Assembly (NCBI GenBank): GCA_964448705.1 | Contig: CAYUZS010000002.1 | Location: forward strand, 113,577-177,576 | Reading direction: 5' to 3' | DNA length: 64,000 nt | Source of the DNA: an uncultured Gammaproteobacteria bacterium | GTDB taxonomy: Bacteria > Patescibacteriota > Microgenomatia > UBA12405 | In this document: positions 39,563 to 49,496 of the stretch, piece by piece | Layout: every line of letters begins with the position of its first letter | Numbering within the stretch: position 1 is the first letter of the stretch | Notes under the pieces: model-generated | The model's database searches: none | Seen by the model: only the letters and a program-made list of their open reading frames with translations | What the model was told of the DNA's origin: nothing | Program-made: the position numbers and the translations under genes

Positions 39563-40435
39563 TTAAAATTTAATGTATCTTTTGACACCCAACCAACTGG
39601 CTAAATAGCCAATAATGCTGCCTAAAAACAAGCAAGAAACAAGAATAAGAGCGTAATGCTGTAGGTTTGTGGAGATAAAAATAATGGGATTAAAGAAAGA
39701 ATTGATTTGATTACGAAAATAAAGAGTAAGGAGGAAAACAATTAAACATCCCAAGAAGCTGCCGACTAGGCCATAAATAATGCCTTCAATCAAAAATGGT
39801 TTTTTAACATAGAAACTGGAAGCGCCAAGAAGACGGCTAATATTGATTTCATCTTTTCGGTTGGTAATTTTCATACCAATAATTACGGAAATGATTAAAA
39901 AGGTGACTGCGGTAGTAATAGAAACTGCAATTATTCCTGTTTTACGGATAAAATCCGTCCAACTGAGAAGCGAATTGATGATATCTTTTTGATAAATTAT
40001 TTCGTCAACCTGGTCTTTTTTAGTAGAAAAGTTTTGGGCAATTTCTTCGAGTATTTTTGGATCCGAGACAGAAACTTCGAAAGAGGCAGGAAGGATGCTG
40101 GCAGTGACCATTTCGGTTAACAGAGGATTGTCTTTATTCTCTTCCTGATAAATTGCCAAGGCTTTTTCTTTGGAAATAAATTTTATTTCCCGAATATTTT
40201 GATAATTGGATAATTCTTTTTGGATATTTTCGACTGTAGAACGATCCAGACCATCTTTAAGAAAGATGGTAATTTCCGGTTTAGTTTCAAAATAATTTAA
40301 GACAGTCGACATTCCCCCGCTGACGATCAGAAAAAAACTGAGAATCATGAAACTGATGGTCATAACAATAGCCGCGATTAAACTTTGGAAGGGAGAACGG
40401 CGAATATGGTGCCAGGCGTTTTTGAAAGGGGTCAT
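39563..40435 (-). CDS. ftsX: Cell division permease FtsX
   Basis: FISKEKAL, RKDEINISRLLGA...KPFLIEG; next to ftsE. Confidence 0.92.
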   Translation of the reverse strand: MTPFKNAWHHIRRSPFQSLIAAIVMTISFMILSFFLIVSGGMSTVLNYFETKPEITIFLKDGLDRSTVENIQKELSNYQNIREIKFISKEKALAIYQEENKDNPLLTEMVTASILPASFEVSVSDPKILEEIAQNFSTKKDQVDEIIYQKDIINSLLSWTDFIRKTGIIAVSITTAVTFLIISVIIGMKITNRKDEINISRLLGASSFYVKKPFLIEGIIYGLVGSFLGCLIVFLLTLYFRNQINSFFNPIIFISTNLQHYALILVSCLFLGSIIGYLASWLGVKRYIKF

Positions 40436-41124
40436 TTCTTTTTTGAATGAGTATGGGGTTTTTTAGTATCGGAAACAATTTCTCCGTTTCTAAGGCCGAT
40501 GATTCGTTTATCCAAGGCATTTACAATTTCCATGTTGTGACTGGTCATAATAATAGTAGTGTCGTATTGTTCGTTAATATCTTTAAGGAGTTTTATTAAA
40601 TTCCAGGAATTTTCTACATCCAGATTGCCGGTGGGTTCATCGGCAAGGATTATTTTTGGTTCAATTACCAAGGCTCGAGCCAAAGAGGCACGCTGCATCT
40701 CGCCTCCGGAAAGTTGAGAAGGAAAAAGATGACGGCGACTACCTAAATTAACCTGTTTAATCACATTTTCTATTTTTTCAGGGATAATCGCCTGTGGAAC
40801 ATTGTTAATATCGAGGGCCAGAGCAATGTTTTCTTCGATAGTTTTATCCGGAATCAATAAATAATCCTGAAAAATAACACCAATTTGACGGCGGACCTGA
40901 TTAACAGAATTCCGATCCAGAGTAGAAAGATCATGATCACCGATAATTATTTTTCCACTTGAAGGGCGGATTTGATTGAGGATTAATTTGAGCAGCGTTG
41001 ATTTTCCGGCTCCGGAAGGACCGACTAAAAATACGAATTCGCCTGAATCTATGGAGAAATCTATGTCCTTTACAGCATTGATGACACCAAATGATTTGGT
41101 GACGTGGTCAAAAATGACTTTCAT
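40432..41124 (-). CDS. ftsE: Cell division ATP-binding protein FtsE
   Basis: [36 protein letters not shown]. Confidence 0.92.
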   Translation of the reverse strand: MKVIFDHVTKSFGVINAVKDIDFSIDSGEFVFLVGPSGAGKSTLLKLILNQIRPSSGKIIIGDHDLSTLDRNSVNQVRRQIGVIFQDYLLIPDKTIEENIALALDINNVPQAIIPEKIENVIKQVNLGSRRHLFPSQLSGGEMQRASLARALVIEPKIILADEPTGNLDVENSWNLIKLLKDINEQYDTTIIMTSHNMEIVNALDKRIIGLRNGEIVSDTKKPHTHSKKK

Positions 41125-41128
41125 TTAA

Positions 41129-41665
41129 TTATTCTATGATTTTTATGTTGCCAACATCCAGCAACCAGGAAACTTTATTTGATTTGTTGGTTTGGCCTTT
41201 TATTTCGACTTTCTTACCAACAAACAAACTTAAATCAACTGTAGAAGAAGTCAGAGCAGCACTTTGAGAAGGGCCACCTTCGCGAATCAGGGTGTGGGTT
41301 CCTTCCCCGTTAATACCACCTTCCTGAACAGAACCGGTAGCAAAATCTTTAAAGGTGTCATCCTGACTGCCATAGACCGTGCCGACTTGAAGCTGACTTT
41401 GGCCGGTAATTGAATCAGTAGAGACTGTTTGATTACCACCAAGGGTTAATAAAGGACCAGAAGTTTGACCTTGAGGAAAGACTCTGGATAAACCGTAGCC
41501 GGTAATTAAAGCGGCAACTGAGACTAAAACAATCAAATAAAGAGGGAAACCGGAGCTGGTTTTAGAAGCAGACGAATTCTTTGGGGTTGATAAATTTGGA
41601 ATTTCCATAAAATGTATAAATTTTAATAATTCAGTATAGCAAATCGAAGATAGGATGACAGCCAA
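41129..41665 (-). CDS. Hypothetical single-TM protein with a small beta-barrel-like C-terminal domain
   Basis: ORF track; likely start at MEIPN (about 41608); one TM then a Gly/Thr-rich domain. Confidence 0.7.
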   Translation of the reverse strand: MAVILSSICYTELLKFIHFMEIPNLSTPKNSSASKTSSGFPLYLIVLVSVAALITGYGLSRVFPQGQTSGPLLTLGGNQTVSTDSITGQSQLQVGTVYGSQDDTFKDFATGSVQEGGINGEGTHTLIREGGPSQSAALTSSTVDLSLFVGKKVEIKGQTNKSNKVSWLLDVGNIKIIE

Positions 41666-41668
41666 AGC

Positions 41669-42700
41669 TTAAAGAGATTCTTTGAGGGAATCGCTGATAA
41701 ATTTCTGGAAGCTACGGTAGTTTTTGTCTTGAGGAATAAACACCCACTGTTTGTTGATAAAAGTCTTAGGATGATAAAGGAGATCTGATTTTGGATTTTC
41801 TCCGGTAGTAAGGTTTATTTTGTTAAAGGAGAGATTTTGGAGATGAGTTAAACCCTGAAGGCCTAAACTGAACAAATCCCTGTCGGTGAGATTGGTCTGC
41901 AATTGCTGATGGAAAAAATTATAGAGATTAACCAAATTGTCAGGACGGTAATAAAAATCAGGAGATTTAATTTTGGCCAACAAGGCATCCAGTAATAATT
42001 GTTGACGTTGAATTCGGCCAATGTCAGTTCCCCCCAGAGAGGCAGTTTCGGCACTTTTGCGGGAACGGACAAAAGGAGCAATGTTTTGACTGTTTAGATG
42101 ATTGATTCCGGAGGGAAATTCAACAGTAATGTACACAGGAATAGAAGCAGAAGGGCTGGCAACGTACGCCGGATTAGGATATTGATCGTCACGAAAACCG
42201 TTCTCTAAATTAACATCGACACCGCCGACTAAAGAAACTAAATCGATCAGATTTTGGGTGGTAATAACTAAAGTACGATCAACCGGTTGATCTAACAATT
42301 GCGAAAACTGTTGTTGAATATATTCAAACTGATCAGAACGACCGATAGACTGCGGGTAAATTTGATTTATTTTGGCATTTAGAGGATAACTCCATAAATC
42401 ACGAGGCAGGGAAATCAGATTAATCCGATAATTCGGAGTAAGATTGCTAAAAATTATCGTGTCAGTGGTTTCAGATTTTTCCAAACTATCATTACGGGGA
42501 TCGAGACCAAGAATCATAAAATTTAAAGGCGGAGAAATAGACGGCTGTTTTTTGGCCGATATTATCTCTTTAGGAAAGTATAAAAATTCAGTATTGGTAG
42601 CCAGGGAAATTGTTTTTAAGCAGACAAAAACCACAATTACTGCCAATATAATGATGGATATTAAGGTGTAAACAAAAGAAGTAAATATTTTATGTGGCAT
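41669..42700 (-). CDS. LCP (LytR-CpsA-Psr) family glycopolymer-to-wall transferase
   Basis: ILGLD, TDTI, ISLPRDLW, FVRSRK, DIGRIQRQQ. Confidence 0.9.
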   Translation of the reverse strand: MPHKIFTSFVYTLISIIILAVIVVFVCLKTISLATNTEFLYFPKEIISAKKQPSISPPLNFMILGLDPRNDSLEKSETTDTIIFSNLTPNYRINLISLPRDLWSYPLNAKINQIYPQSIGRSDQFEYIQQQFSQLLDQPVDRTLVITTQNLIDLVSLVGGVDVNLENGFRDDQYPNPAYVASPSASIPVYITVEFPSGINHLNSQNIAPFVRSRKSAETASLGGTDIGRIQRQQLLLDALLAKIKSPDFYYRPDNLVNLYNFFHQQLQTNLTDRDLFSLGLQGLTHLQNLSFNKINLTTGENPKSDLLYHPKTFINKQWVFIPQDKNYRSFQKFISDSLKESL

Positions 42701-42702
42701 AA

Positions 42703-43779
42703 TTACAATTTTAATTCGGCTTCGATAAAAGCGTCAAGATCGCCGTCCAGAACAGCAGCCGTATCTGAAGTTTCATATCTGGTACGAAGATCTTTAACCA
42801 TTTTATAAGGATGCAAAACATAGGAACGGATTTGATGGCCCCAACCGGCGATAACATTGTCGCCTTTGATACTTTTCTTTTCTGCAGCCTGTTTTTCCAT
42901 TTCAACCGCCCACAGTTTGGAAGTTAACATCTGCATGGCAATTAAACGATTCTGATCCTGAGAACGCTGACTTTGACAGGAAACAGTGATTCCCGTGGGA
43001 CGATGAACTAAACGAACAGCAGTGGAAACTTTATTGACGTTCTGACCGCCGTGTCCACCGGCACGGTAGGCAGCAAATTCGATATCTTCCGGCCGAATAT
43101 TTATTTCTTCGGAATTATCAATTATCGGAGAAACTTCTACTTTGGCAAAAGATGTTTGGCGTAACTGATCGGCATTAAAAGGTGACAACCTGACTAAACG
43201 ATGTGTGCCGCTTTCACCTTTTAAATATCCATAAGCAAACGACACATTAACTTTAAAATAGACCGATTTGATTCCCGCCTCATCACCGGGTGTAATGTCC
43301 AAAAGATCATATTTCCAGTTTTTTCTTTCAAAAAATCTCATATACATTCGTTGTAGAATCGATGACCAATCCATAGCTTCGGTGCCGCCCTGACCGGAAT
43401 GAATTGAAAGCAGACAATAATTTTTATCGTATTTTCCGGATAAATATGTTTGCAACTCCAATTCGGAAACTTCTTTTTCCAATCTTTTTTGAGTAATCTC
43501 CAGCTCGGAGTACATCGAATCGTCGGGCTCGGATTCCAGAATTTTTTCCATTTCCATTAAATCACTGATTTCAGTACTAAGACGGTCAATGGTTTGAATA
43601 TTTTTCTCCAGATCGGATAGTTCCTGCATTAAATCAGCAGCCTGTTGAGGATTGTCCCACAAACGGGAATCGACCGATTGTTGTTTTAGTTCCTGAAGCC
43701 GAATCTGATTACCATCATAGTTAAGTTTAAGTTTAAGTGTTTTTATTTTTTCGGATAATTCCAATAGATTAGAAGACAT
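42703..43779 (-). CDS. prfB: Peptide chain release factor 2 (no internal frameshift)
   Basis: [15 protein letters not shown] (SPF), [10 protein letters not shown] (GGQ), [13 protein letters not shown]. Confidence 0.95.
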   Translation of the reverse strand: MSSNLLELSEKIKTLKLKLNYDGNQIRLQELKQQSVDSRLWDNPQQAADLMQELSDLEKNIQTIDRLSTEISDLMEMEKILESEPDDSMYSELEITQKRLEKEVSELELQTYLSGKYDKNYCLLSIHSGQGGTEAMDWSSILQRMYMRFFERKNWKYDLLDITPGDEAGIKSVYFKVNVSFAYGYLKGESGTHRLVRLSPFNADQLRQTSFAKVEVSPIIDNSEEINIRPEDIEFAAYRAGGHGGQNVNKVSTAVRLVHRPTGITVSCQSQRSQDQNRLIAMQMLTSKLWAVEMEKQAAEKKSIKGDNVIAGWGHQIRSYVLHPYKMVKDLRTRYETSDTAAVLDGDLDAFIEAELKL

Positions 43780-43783
43780 ATGT

Positions 43784-44197
43784 TTATGGTTGTTCGGAAG
43801 AGTCGAGGCTTTTCATGATTTCTTCATAAATCATTTTGACGACTGATTTTTTTATATCAGCGATTTGTTTTTGAGGAAAACCAGAGGACTGTTCCTTGAT
43901 AACATTAAATTTTTCCTGAATAAGGATTATAGCAGGCGAATTATCCAGATTGTTTAAAGTCTGTTGAGATTCCGGAGGAAGTTTCCGATATAAATCGTCA
44001 TATATTTTTTTGGCAGGAGGAATTGAAGTGTTGTTGGAAATAGAATTACCAAGAACATTAAGATTAGAGTTAGTAGGCGGTGTTTTGGCACCGGAAAAAT
44101 AACTGATCAATAAATAAACAATTAAGACAAATAAAAGTAGTCTTAAAAATACCTTGAAACTGAAGTTAAACTCACGGTGCTTTAAACTTTTAGACAC
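43784..44197 (-). CDS. Hypothetical single-TM protein
   Basis: ORF track; GTG start preceded by TGCTAAAAT at 5 nt. Confidence 0.7.
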   Translation of the reverse strand: MSKSLKHREFNFSFKVFLRLLLFVLIVYLLISYFSGAKTPPTNSNLNVLGNSISNNTSIPPAKKIYDDLYRKLPPESQQTLNNLDNSPAIILIQEKFNVIKEQSSGFPQKQIADIKKSVVKMIYEEIMKSLDSSEQP

Positions 44198-44222
44198 AAT
44201 TCATTTTAGCATTCAAAAGCGT

Positions 44223-44597
44223 CTATTTTTGGCTTAACCAGTCGATTATCGGCTGATCACCATAAAGACATTTTTGAGTTTGTTTATCAAAAGCCAAAGG
44301 AACACCGATACCCTGAGAGGTATCTATTTCAGGACAAAGTTTGACGGTTTCGGCTAATTGCTGCTGGTTTTGGGAATCACGAAAGACTTCTTTGTATGAT
44401 ATTTTTACCTTAGATTCCATGTTGTTTTGTGTTATGTATTTCTTGACAGTTTCACAATGAGAACAACCTTCACCCCAATAAAAGAGCAGCTGCGCTTCGG
44501 AATCACTGACCCCGATAATTTTTGTTTGGGTGGAAGTGATTTTGAATAAGAATAATAAACCGACGATTACGGCCAGGATTACAGGAAAATTTTTCAT
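44223..44597 (-). CDS. Membrane-anchored thioredoxin/glutaredoxin-fold protein
   Basis: N-terminal TM, CSHC motif, GVP cis-Pro loop, GDQPI. Confidence 0.8.
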   Translation of the reverse strand: MKNFPVILAVIVGLLFLFKITSTQTKIIGVSDSEAQLLFYWGEGCSHCETVKKYITQNNMESKVKISYKEVFRDSQNQQQLAETVKLCPEIDTSQGIGVPLAFDKQTQKCLYGDQPIIDWLSQK

Positions 44598-45205
44598 TTT
44601 GTTTTGGTAGTAATTTCTAATATTTTGTCGCCCTGTTGGATTTTGTCTAAGATATCCAAACCGGAAACAACTTCACCGAAGTTGACATAATCGCCGGTAA
44701 GCGATTGACAACCATCAGTAGTAAAGCAAATGTAAAATTGACTGTCGTTGCTATATTCCTTAGTATCCGGGGTTCTGGCCAAACCGACTGAACCGCGAAC
44801 AAAAGGACGGTTATTTAACTCTGATTTTTGCCGTCCACCTCCGGTTCCACTACCGGTCGGATCCCCTCCCTGAGCAACAAATCCAGGTATAACCCGATGA
44901 AATGTTAAACCGTTATAAAATCCTGAATTAACTTTATTCAAAAATGTAGAAACAGTATTAGGAGCATCCTGTTGATAGAGTTTGATGACAATCTGACCGT
45001 TTTTAGTTTTAAGGGCAACCATTGGTTCCGAAGTATTTGCCGATGGAGAGGCAGTTATGGAAGACGATGGTTCCGGTGAAACCATGGCGATGTCAGAGGT
45101 GGGAGTGGTATTAAGATCAATGTTTTGCTCTGAAGATTTGGGACCGCAGGCAGATAATAAAACAGAAGAAATAACTACTACAAATGTAACAATTTTTTTA
45201 TTCAT
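44594..45205 (-). CDS. Cyclophilin-type peptidyl-prolyl isomerase, lipoprotein-like
   Basis: LLSAC lipobox, APNTV, FYNGLTFHRVIPGFVAQGGDP, SQFYI, FGEVVSG. Confidence 0.92.
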   Translation of the reverse strand: MNKKIVTFVVVISSVLLSACGPKSSEQNIDLNTTPTSDIAMVSPEPSSSITASPSANTSEPMVALKTKNGQIVIKLYQQDAPNTVSTFLNKVNSGFYNGLTFHRVIPGFVAQGGDPTGSGTGGGRQKSELNNRPFVRGSVGLARTPDTKEYSNDSQFYICFTTDGCQSLTGDYVNFGEVVSGLDILDKIQQGDKILEITTKTK

Positions 45206-45208
45206 GGT

Positions 45209-45958
45209 TTATTTTAGCAAAACCAAAATATTTTTGGCACCAGAGTCGATATCCTCTTTACGGCCACTATCAGGAAAATCATGGATACTATCCATTAATA
45301 ATTCATAAGAATAGTGAAAATAAGCACCATGCCTGGTGCCGACATCGTGAACAATAAATTGTCGGCGGGAGTCGTCATAACCTAAAATTACTAAATTGTG
45401 GTACCACGGTCCGCCGGAATTGAAATGTTTATTTTCCTGATAGAGAATTTTACCGTTGGCAGGAACAATGATCGGAATATCCTTGGATATATAATCTTTT
45501 ATTATTTCTATGGTTGGTTCGTTGATTATTTCCGATTTATAGTTAAAAACTTCATCGGCGACAACGGCCATTTGAGAGAGATTAATGTCGTGGCTAAACC
45601 CAAGTTCGTTTTCGGTCTGAAATAAAATTTGATAATCGTTTAAAAACTGAGATATTGAGGGTGAAGATTGTTTATAATAGTAGTTGACAGTTAATAAAGC
45701 TGCTTCTTCGCAAGCGTCCTGCCAGGGTTGATCCCAATTTTTTTCCGGAGACTGAGGGACAAAAGTAGTTTTGATTAAGTGAGAAGAGGGCAAACCATTT
45801 GAGTCCAAAGTTGTTGGTTTGGGAAAGATGGCGGTTGGTAGATCAACTAAGTCCACTGAAGCGGGCAAAAAACGGGAAGCAAAATAGTTTTTCCGGAGGA
45901 AAATAGTGAAAAAAACAATTAAGACAACAACAATGACGACTATTAGAAATTTCTTCAC
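45209..45958 (-). CDS. Membrane-anchored C39-like cysteine peptidase
   Basis: QSP...DACEEA, HNLVILGYD, VHD catalytic pattern. Confidence 0.8.
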   Translation of the reverse strand: MKKFLIVVIVVVLIVFFTIFLRKNYFASRFLPASVDLVDLPTAIFPKPTTLDSNGLPSSHLIKTTFVPQSPEKNWDQPWQDACEEAALLTVNYYYKQSSPSISQFLNDYQILFQTENELGFSHDINLSQMAVVADEVFNYKSEIINEPTIEIIKDYISKDIPIIVPANGKILYQENKHFNSGGPWYHNLVILGYDDSRRQFIVHDVGTRHGAYFHYSYELLMDSIHDFPDSGRKEDIDSGAKNILVLLK

Positions 45959-46005
45959 AATTATTAGAAGTATATCAATTTATAATTTAATGGTAAAATC
46001 GAGGA

Positions 46006-47850
46006 ATGCCTAAATATACCGATATTAAAAATGTGGCGGTGATTGCCCATGTGGATCATGGTAAAACTACTCTGGTCGATGCCCTATTAAAACAAACACA
46101 CACTTTTAGGGAAAATCAGGCGGAAATGACCGAAACCCGGATAATGGACAGCAACGATTTGGAAAGAGAAAAAGGAATCACGATTTTATCGAAAAACACA
46201 TCCGTATTTTATAAAGATATCAAAATTAATATTATAGACACTCCCGGACATGCTGATTTTGGCGGAGAAGTAGAAAGAGTTTTGAATATGGCCGACGGCG
46301 CTTTACTGATTGTAGATGCAGCCGAAGGACCTTTGTCACAAACCAAGTTTGTGTTAAAAAGAGCTTTGGATTACGGATTAAAGATTATTTTGGTGATTAA
46401 TAAAATCGACAGAAAAGATGCCGATGTGAAAAGAGTGGTTGCCGATACCGAAAATCTATTTTTATCGTTGGCTTCTGACCCGGATTTATTGGATTTTCCT
46501 ATTATTTACGCCATCGGAAGAGACGGAAAAACTTTTTATGAAATGCCCGAATCAATGGAACAAACCGGCGACACCACACCTCTATTTGAAACTATTTTAA
46601 AAACAATTCCAACGGCTATTAAAGATAAAGAAAAGCCTTTTCAAATGTTAATCTCCTCATTTGAAAAAAATGAATATCTGGGCAGATTAGCTGTGGGCCG
46701 GGTTTCAAAAGGAGTAATTAAAAAGAATCAATATGTGTCGCTAGTAAACGCTAACCAAGTTGTCTCCGGCAATTTTAAAGTGGAACGATTATACGTAAAT
46801 GAAGGGATAAATAAAGTTGAAGCCGATGAAGCTGAGAGCGGAGAAGTAGTGTATTTGGCTGGTATTTCTGAAATTGAAATCGGACAAACTTTAACCGATC
46901 CCAGTTTTCAGGTGGCACTACCAACAATTGAAGTGGCAGAACCGACTCTTAAAGCCAGTTTTGGCCCAAACACTTCTGTTTTTGCCCGGGATGAATCAAA
47001 ATTTTTAACCAGCAGAGAATTAAAAGAAAGATTAAAGGAAGAAGTCGAGACCAATTTAGGACTTAAAATGGAAGATGATCCGACCGATAGCATTAGAGTA
47101 TTAGTGTCCGGCCGGGGAGAAATGCACTTAGCCGTTTTGATCGAAAAATTAAGAAGAGAAGGTTATGCCATGGAAGTCGGCAAGCCGGAGGTTATTTTAA
47201 AAACTATTGAAGGCAAAGTGTGCGAACCGTTTTCGGAATTGACTATATTAACACCCGAAGATTATGTAGGAATAATAACCTCAGAATTGGGTAAAAGAAA
47301 AGCTCAGATGTTGGATATGACCACGGACGACAGATCGGGGGTAAAAATGGTTTATAAAATCAGCGAAAAAAATGCTTTAGGTTTAAGAAGTGCCTTGATG
47401 ACAGAAACTAAAGGCTCGGTTTCATTGAGCTTTTTGTCTTTAGGCTATGAACCAAAATTGGATGACACTCAAAGAATCCGAAACGGAGTTTTAATTACTT
47501 CAGAAAGCGGAAAAGCACTATCTTTCGGACTGGAACTGGCTCAGAAAAGAGGTATTACTTTTATTGCTCCAACCGAACAAGTTTATGAAGGGCAAATTGC
47601 CGGAATCAGACCGGTACAAGGTGATTTGGAAATTAATATTTGTAAAGGCAAACAGTTGACCAATATGAGGTCGGCCGGAAATGACGACGCGATTATGTTG
47701 GCACCGGCGGTTAAGTACAGTATAGAGGAAAGTCTGGACTTTATTGAAGATGACGAATTGATCGATATTACCCCAAAAAGTATTAGACTTAGAAAAAAGT
47801 ATCTGACTAAAGTGGATAGAGTGAGAGCGGATAGAGTTAAAAAGTCTTAA
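46006..47850 (+). CDS. typA: Translational GTPase TypA/BipA
   Basis: [50 protein letters not shown]. Confidence 0.96.
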   Translation: MPKYTDIKNVAVIAHVDHGKTTLVDALLKQTHTFRENQAEMTETRIMDSNDLEREKGITILSKNTSVFYKDIKINIIDTPGHADFGGEVERVLNMADGALLIVDAAEGPLSQTKFVLKRALDYGLKIILVINKIDRKDADVKRVVADTENLFLSLASDPDLLDFPIIYAIGRDGKTFYEMPESMEQTGDTTPLFETILKTIPTAIKDKEKPFQMLISSFEKNEYLGRLAVGRVSKGVIKKNQYVSLVNANQVVSGNFKVERLYVNEGINKVEADEAESGEVVYLAGISEIEIGQTLTDPSFQVALPTIEVAEPTLKASFGPNTSVFARDESKFLTSRELKERLKEEVETNLGLKMEDDPTDSIRVLVSGRGEMHLAVLIEKLRREGYAMEVGKPEVILKTIEGKVCEPFSELTILTPEDYVGIITSELGKRKAQMLDMTTDDRSGVKMVYKISEKNALGLRSALMTETKGSVSLSFLSLGYEPKLDDTQRIRNGVLITSESGKALSFGLELAQKRGITFIAPTEQVYEGQIAGIRPVQGDLEINICKGKQLTNMRSAGNDDAIMLAPAVKYSIEESLDFIEDDELIDITPKSIRLRKKYLTKVDRVRADRVKKS

Positions 47851-48079
47851 GACCTGGAGAACTTTGCTGAAGAATTTCAAGTAACCTTTGAGTAAGACTG
47901 AGACGAGATAAAAAGTAAACGACAAGAACAGTGACGACAAGGGTGCCAATAAGTGATCCCAGAGATTGAAAAAATCCGGAACGAAAACTATGAAAAGCAC
48001 TTTTCCAAGGATTGTTGAGGGTATTAAGGTGTTTATTAAGTTTTTTGATTTCGATTATAAGTGCCTGTTGTTCGGTCAT
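47837..48079 (-). CDS. Small membrane protein (DUF5665-like)
   Basis: 'FRSGFFQSLGSLIGTLVV' helix; ATGA-coupled to the HIT gene. Confidence 0.65.
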   Translation of the reverse strand: MTEQQALIIEIKKLNKHLNTLNNPWKSAFHSFRSGFFQSLGSLIGTLVVTVLVVYFLSRLSLTQRLLEILQQSSPGLKTF

Positions 48080-48468
48080 GGATTTATTTTAACAGCTATT
48101 TTCTGTAAATCTTCTGAGGAAGAATTCAGGCGCAGATTATCATTAAAAAGGCCGGTAAAATTATCCTGAGGGTATCGAGGAATAAGGTGAAGATGAGCAT
48201 GTTCAACTTCGTTGCCGACAGTTAAGAGAGTAACAAAATCCGGGTTAAGAGTGGAATTAAGTTGATGAACAATAGTATTGGCAAAATTCCAAAAACCGGT
48301 GACATTTTCGATTTCATAAACCCAACGAAAATGTTTTTTAGGAACTACAAGAGTATGTCCGGGCGTATAGGGCCGGATGTCTAAAAAAGCGATAAACTCT
48401 TCGTTTTCAGCAATTTTGTAACAGGGAATTTCCCCTTTAATAATTTTACAAAAAATACATTCTTCCAT
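48076..48468 (-). CDS. HIT family nucleotide hydrolase
   Basis: CIFCKI, FLDIRP, GHTLVVPK, HAHLHLIPR. Confidence 0.95.
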   Translation of the reverse strand: MEECIFCKIIKGEIPCYKIAENEEFIAFLDIRPYTPGHTLVVPKKHFRWVYEIENVTGFWNFANTIVHQLNSTLNPDFVTLLTVGNEVEHAHLHLIPRYPQDNFTGLFNDNLRLNSSSEDLQKIAVKINP

Positions 48469-48478
48469 AGATGTTTGT

Positions 48479-49489
48479 TTAAATTTCGCCTAATTGTGGG
48501 TATGTTTTTTGAATGACTTTTAATAAATATTTTTTGGCTTTAGGAATGGAATACGGCAAAGTAGCCCCGGCGGCTGCCTTATGACCACCACCAAAACCAG
48601 TGTTCACTGCGATTTGACTAAGATCATAATTATTAAGACGTTTACGTAAACTAACTTTAACCTGGCCGGGAGATGTTTCCATAAGACTGATACCGATTTC
48701 ATAACCAACAACAGCTTTTAATTGATTAGCTATTTCAATATTGCCATACTCTCCGGAGTCGAGGCCCATTTTTTGAAATTGACGATAACTGATAGTGGAA
48801 ATTGCCACCTGACCGGAAAAATATTTTTCGATATGGGATAAAAGATAGCCAACCAGAAGCAACCTTTCCGGAGTGTCGGAATTTTCGATTTCAAAAATAT
48901 AATTAAAATAATCGGGACAAGCAGCAGCCAACTTGGAGGCGATTCTAAATGTTTCCGAAGAAGTTGGTGAATATTTGTAACCATTGGTGTCGGTGTGAAG
49001 ACCAACAAGAAGACAGGCTGATTCGTCATAGGTGAATGGATGCTGATATTTTTCCATTATTTGGGCAACAATCTGACAAGTGGCCGGAGAAGATTCATCA
49101 ACATAATTTAATTTTCCGTATTTTGTATTTGATGAATGATGATCGATAACTAAAATATTGAGATCTGAAGGAAAAGTAAAACCTTCGGCCTTGGTGACTT
49201 GGCTTGGAGAAGAGGCATCGAGGGAGATAAATAAATCAAATTTACTTAGATCGATTTCGGTGATATTTTTATCAACGATATTTTCAAATCCCGGAAGATG
49301 AGACAAGTATCGTGACATTGGAGAATCCCCTTTTATCAGGGTTACTTTTTTGCCGATGGCAGTTAGAAAATGAAACATTGCCAGAGATGAACCGACAGAA
49401 TCACCGTCCGGACTGGGATGAAGGTGAAGAAGAATTTTTTTGGCTTGATCAATTTCTGATTTGATTTTGGTAAAGGATGAAGGTGACAT
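48479..49489 (-). CDS. DHH/DHHA1 phosphoesterase (NrnA-like)
   Basis: HPSPDGDSVGS, IDHH, TDT, GGGHKAAAG. Confidence 0.92.
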   Translation of the reverse strand: MSPSSFTKIKSEIDQAKKILLHLHPSPDGDSVGSSLAMFHFLTAIGKKVTLIKGDSPMSRYLSHLPGFENIVDKNITEIDLSKFDLFISLDASSPSQVTKAEGFTFPSDLNILVIDHHSSNTKYGKLNYVDESSPATCQIVAQIMEKYQHPFTYDESACLLVGLHTDTNGYKYSPTSSETFRIASKLAAACPDYFNYIFEIENSDTPERLLLVGYLLSHIEKYFSGQVAISTISYRQFQKMGLDSGEYGNIEIANQLKAVVGYEIGISLMETSPGQVKVSLRKRLNNYDLSQIAVNTGFGGGHKAAAGATLPYSIPKAKKYLLKVIQKTYPQLGEI

Positions 49490-49496
49490 GGGGTTA

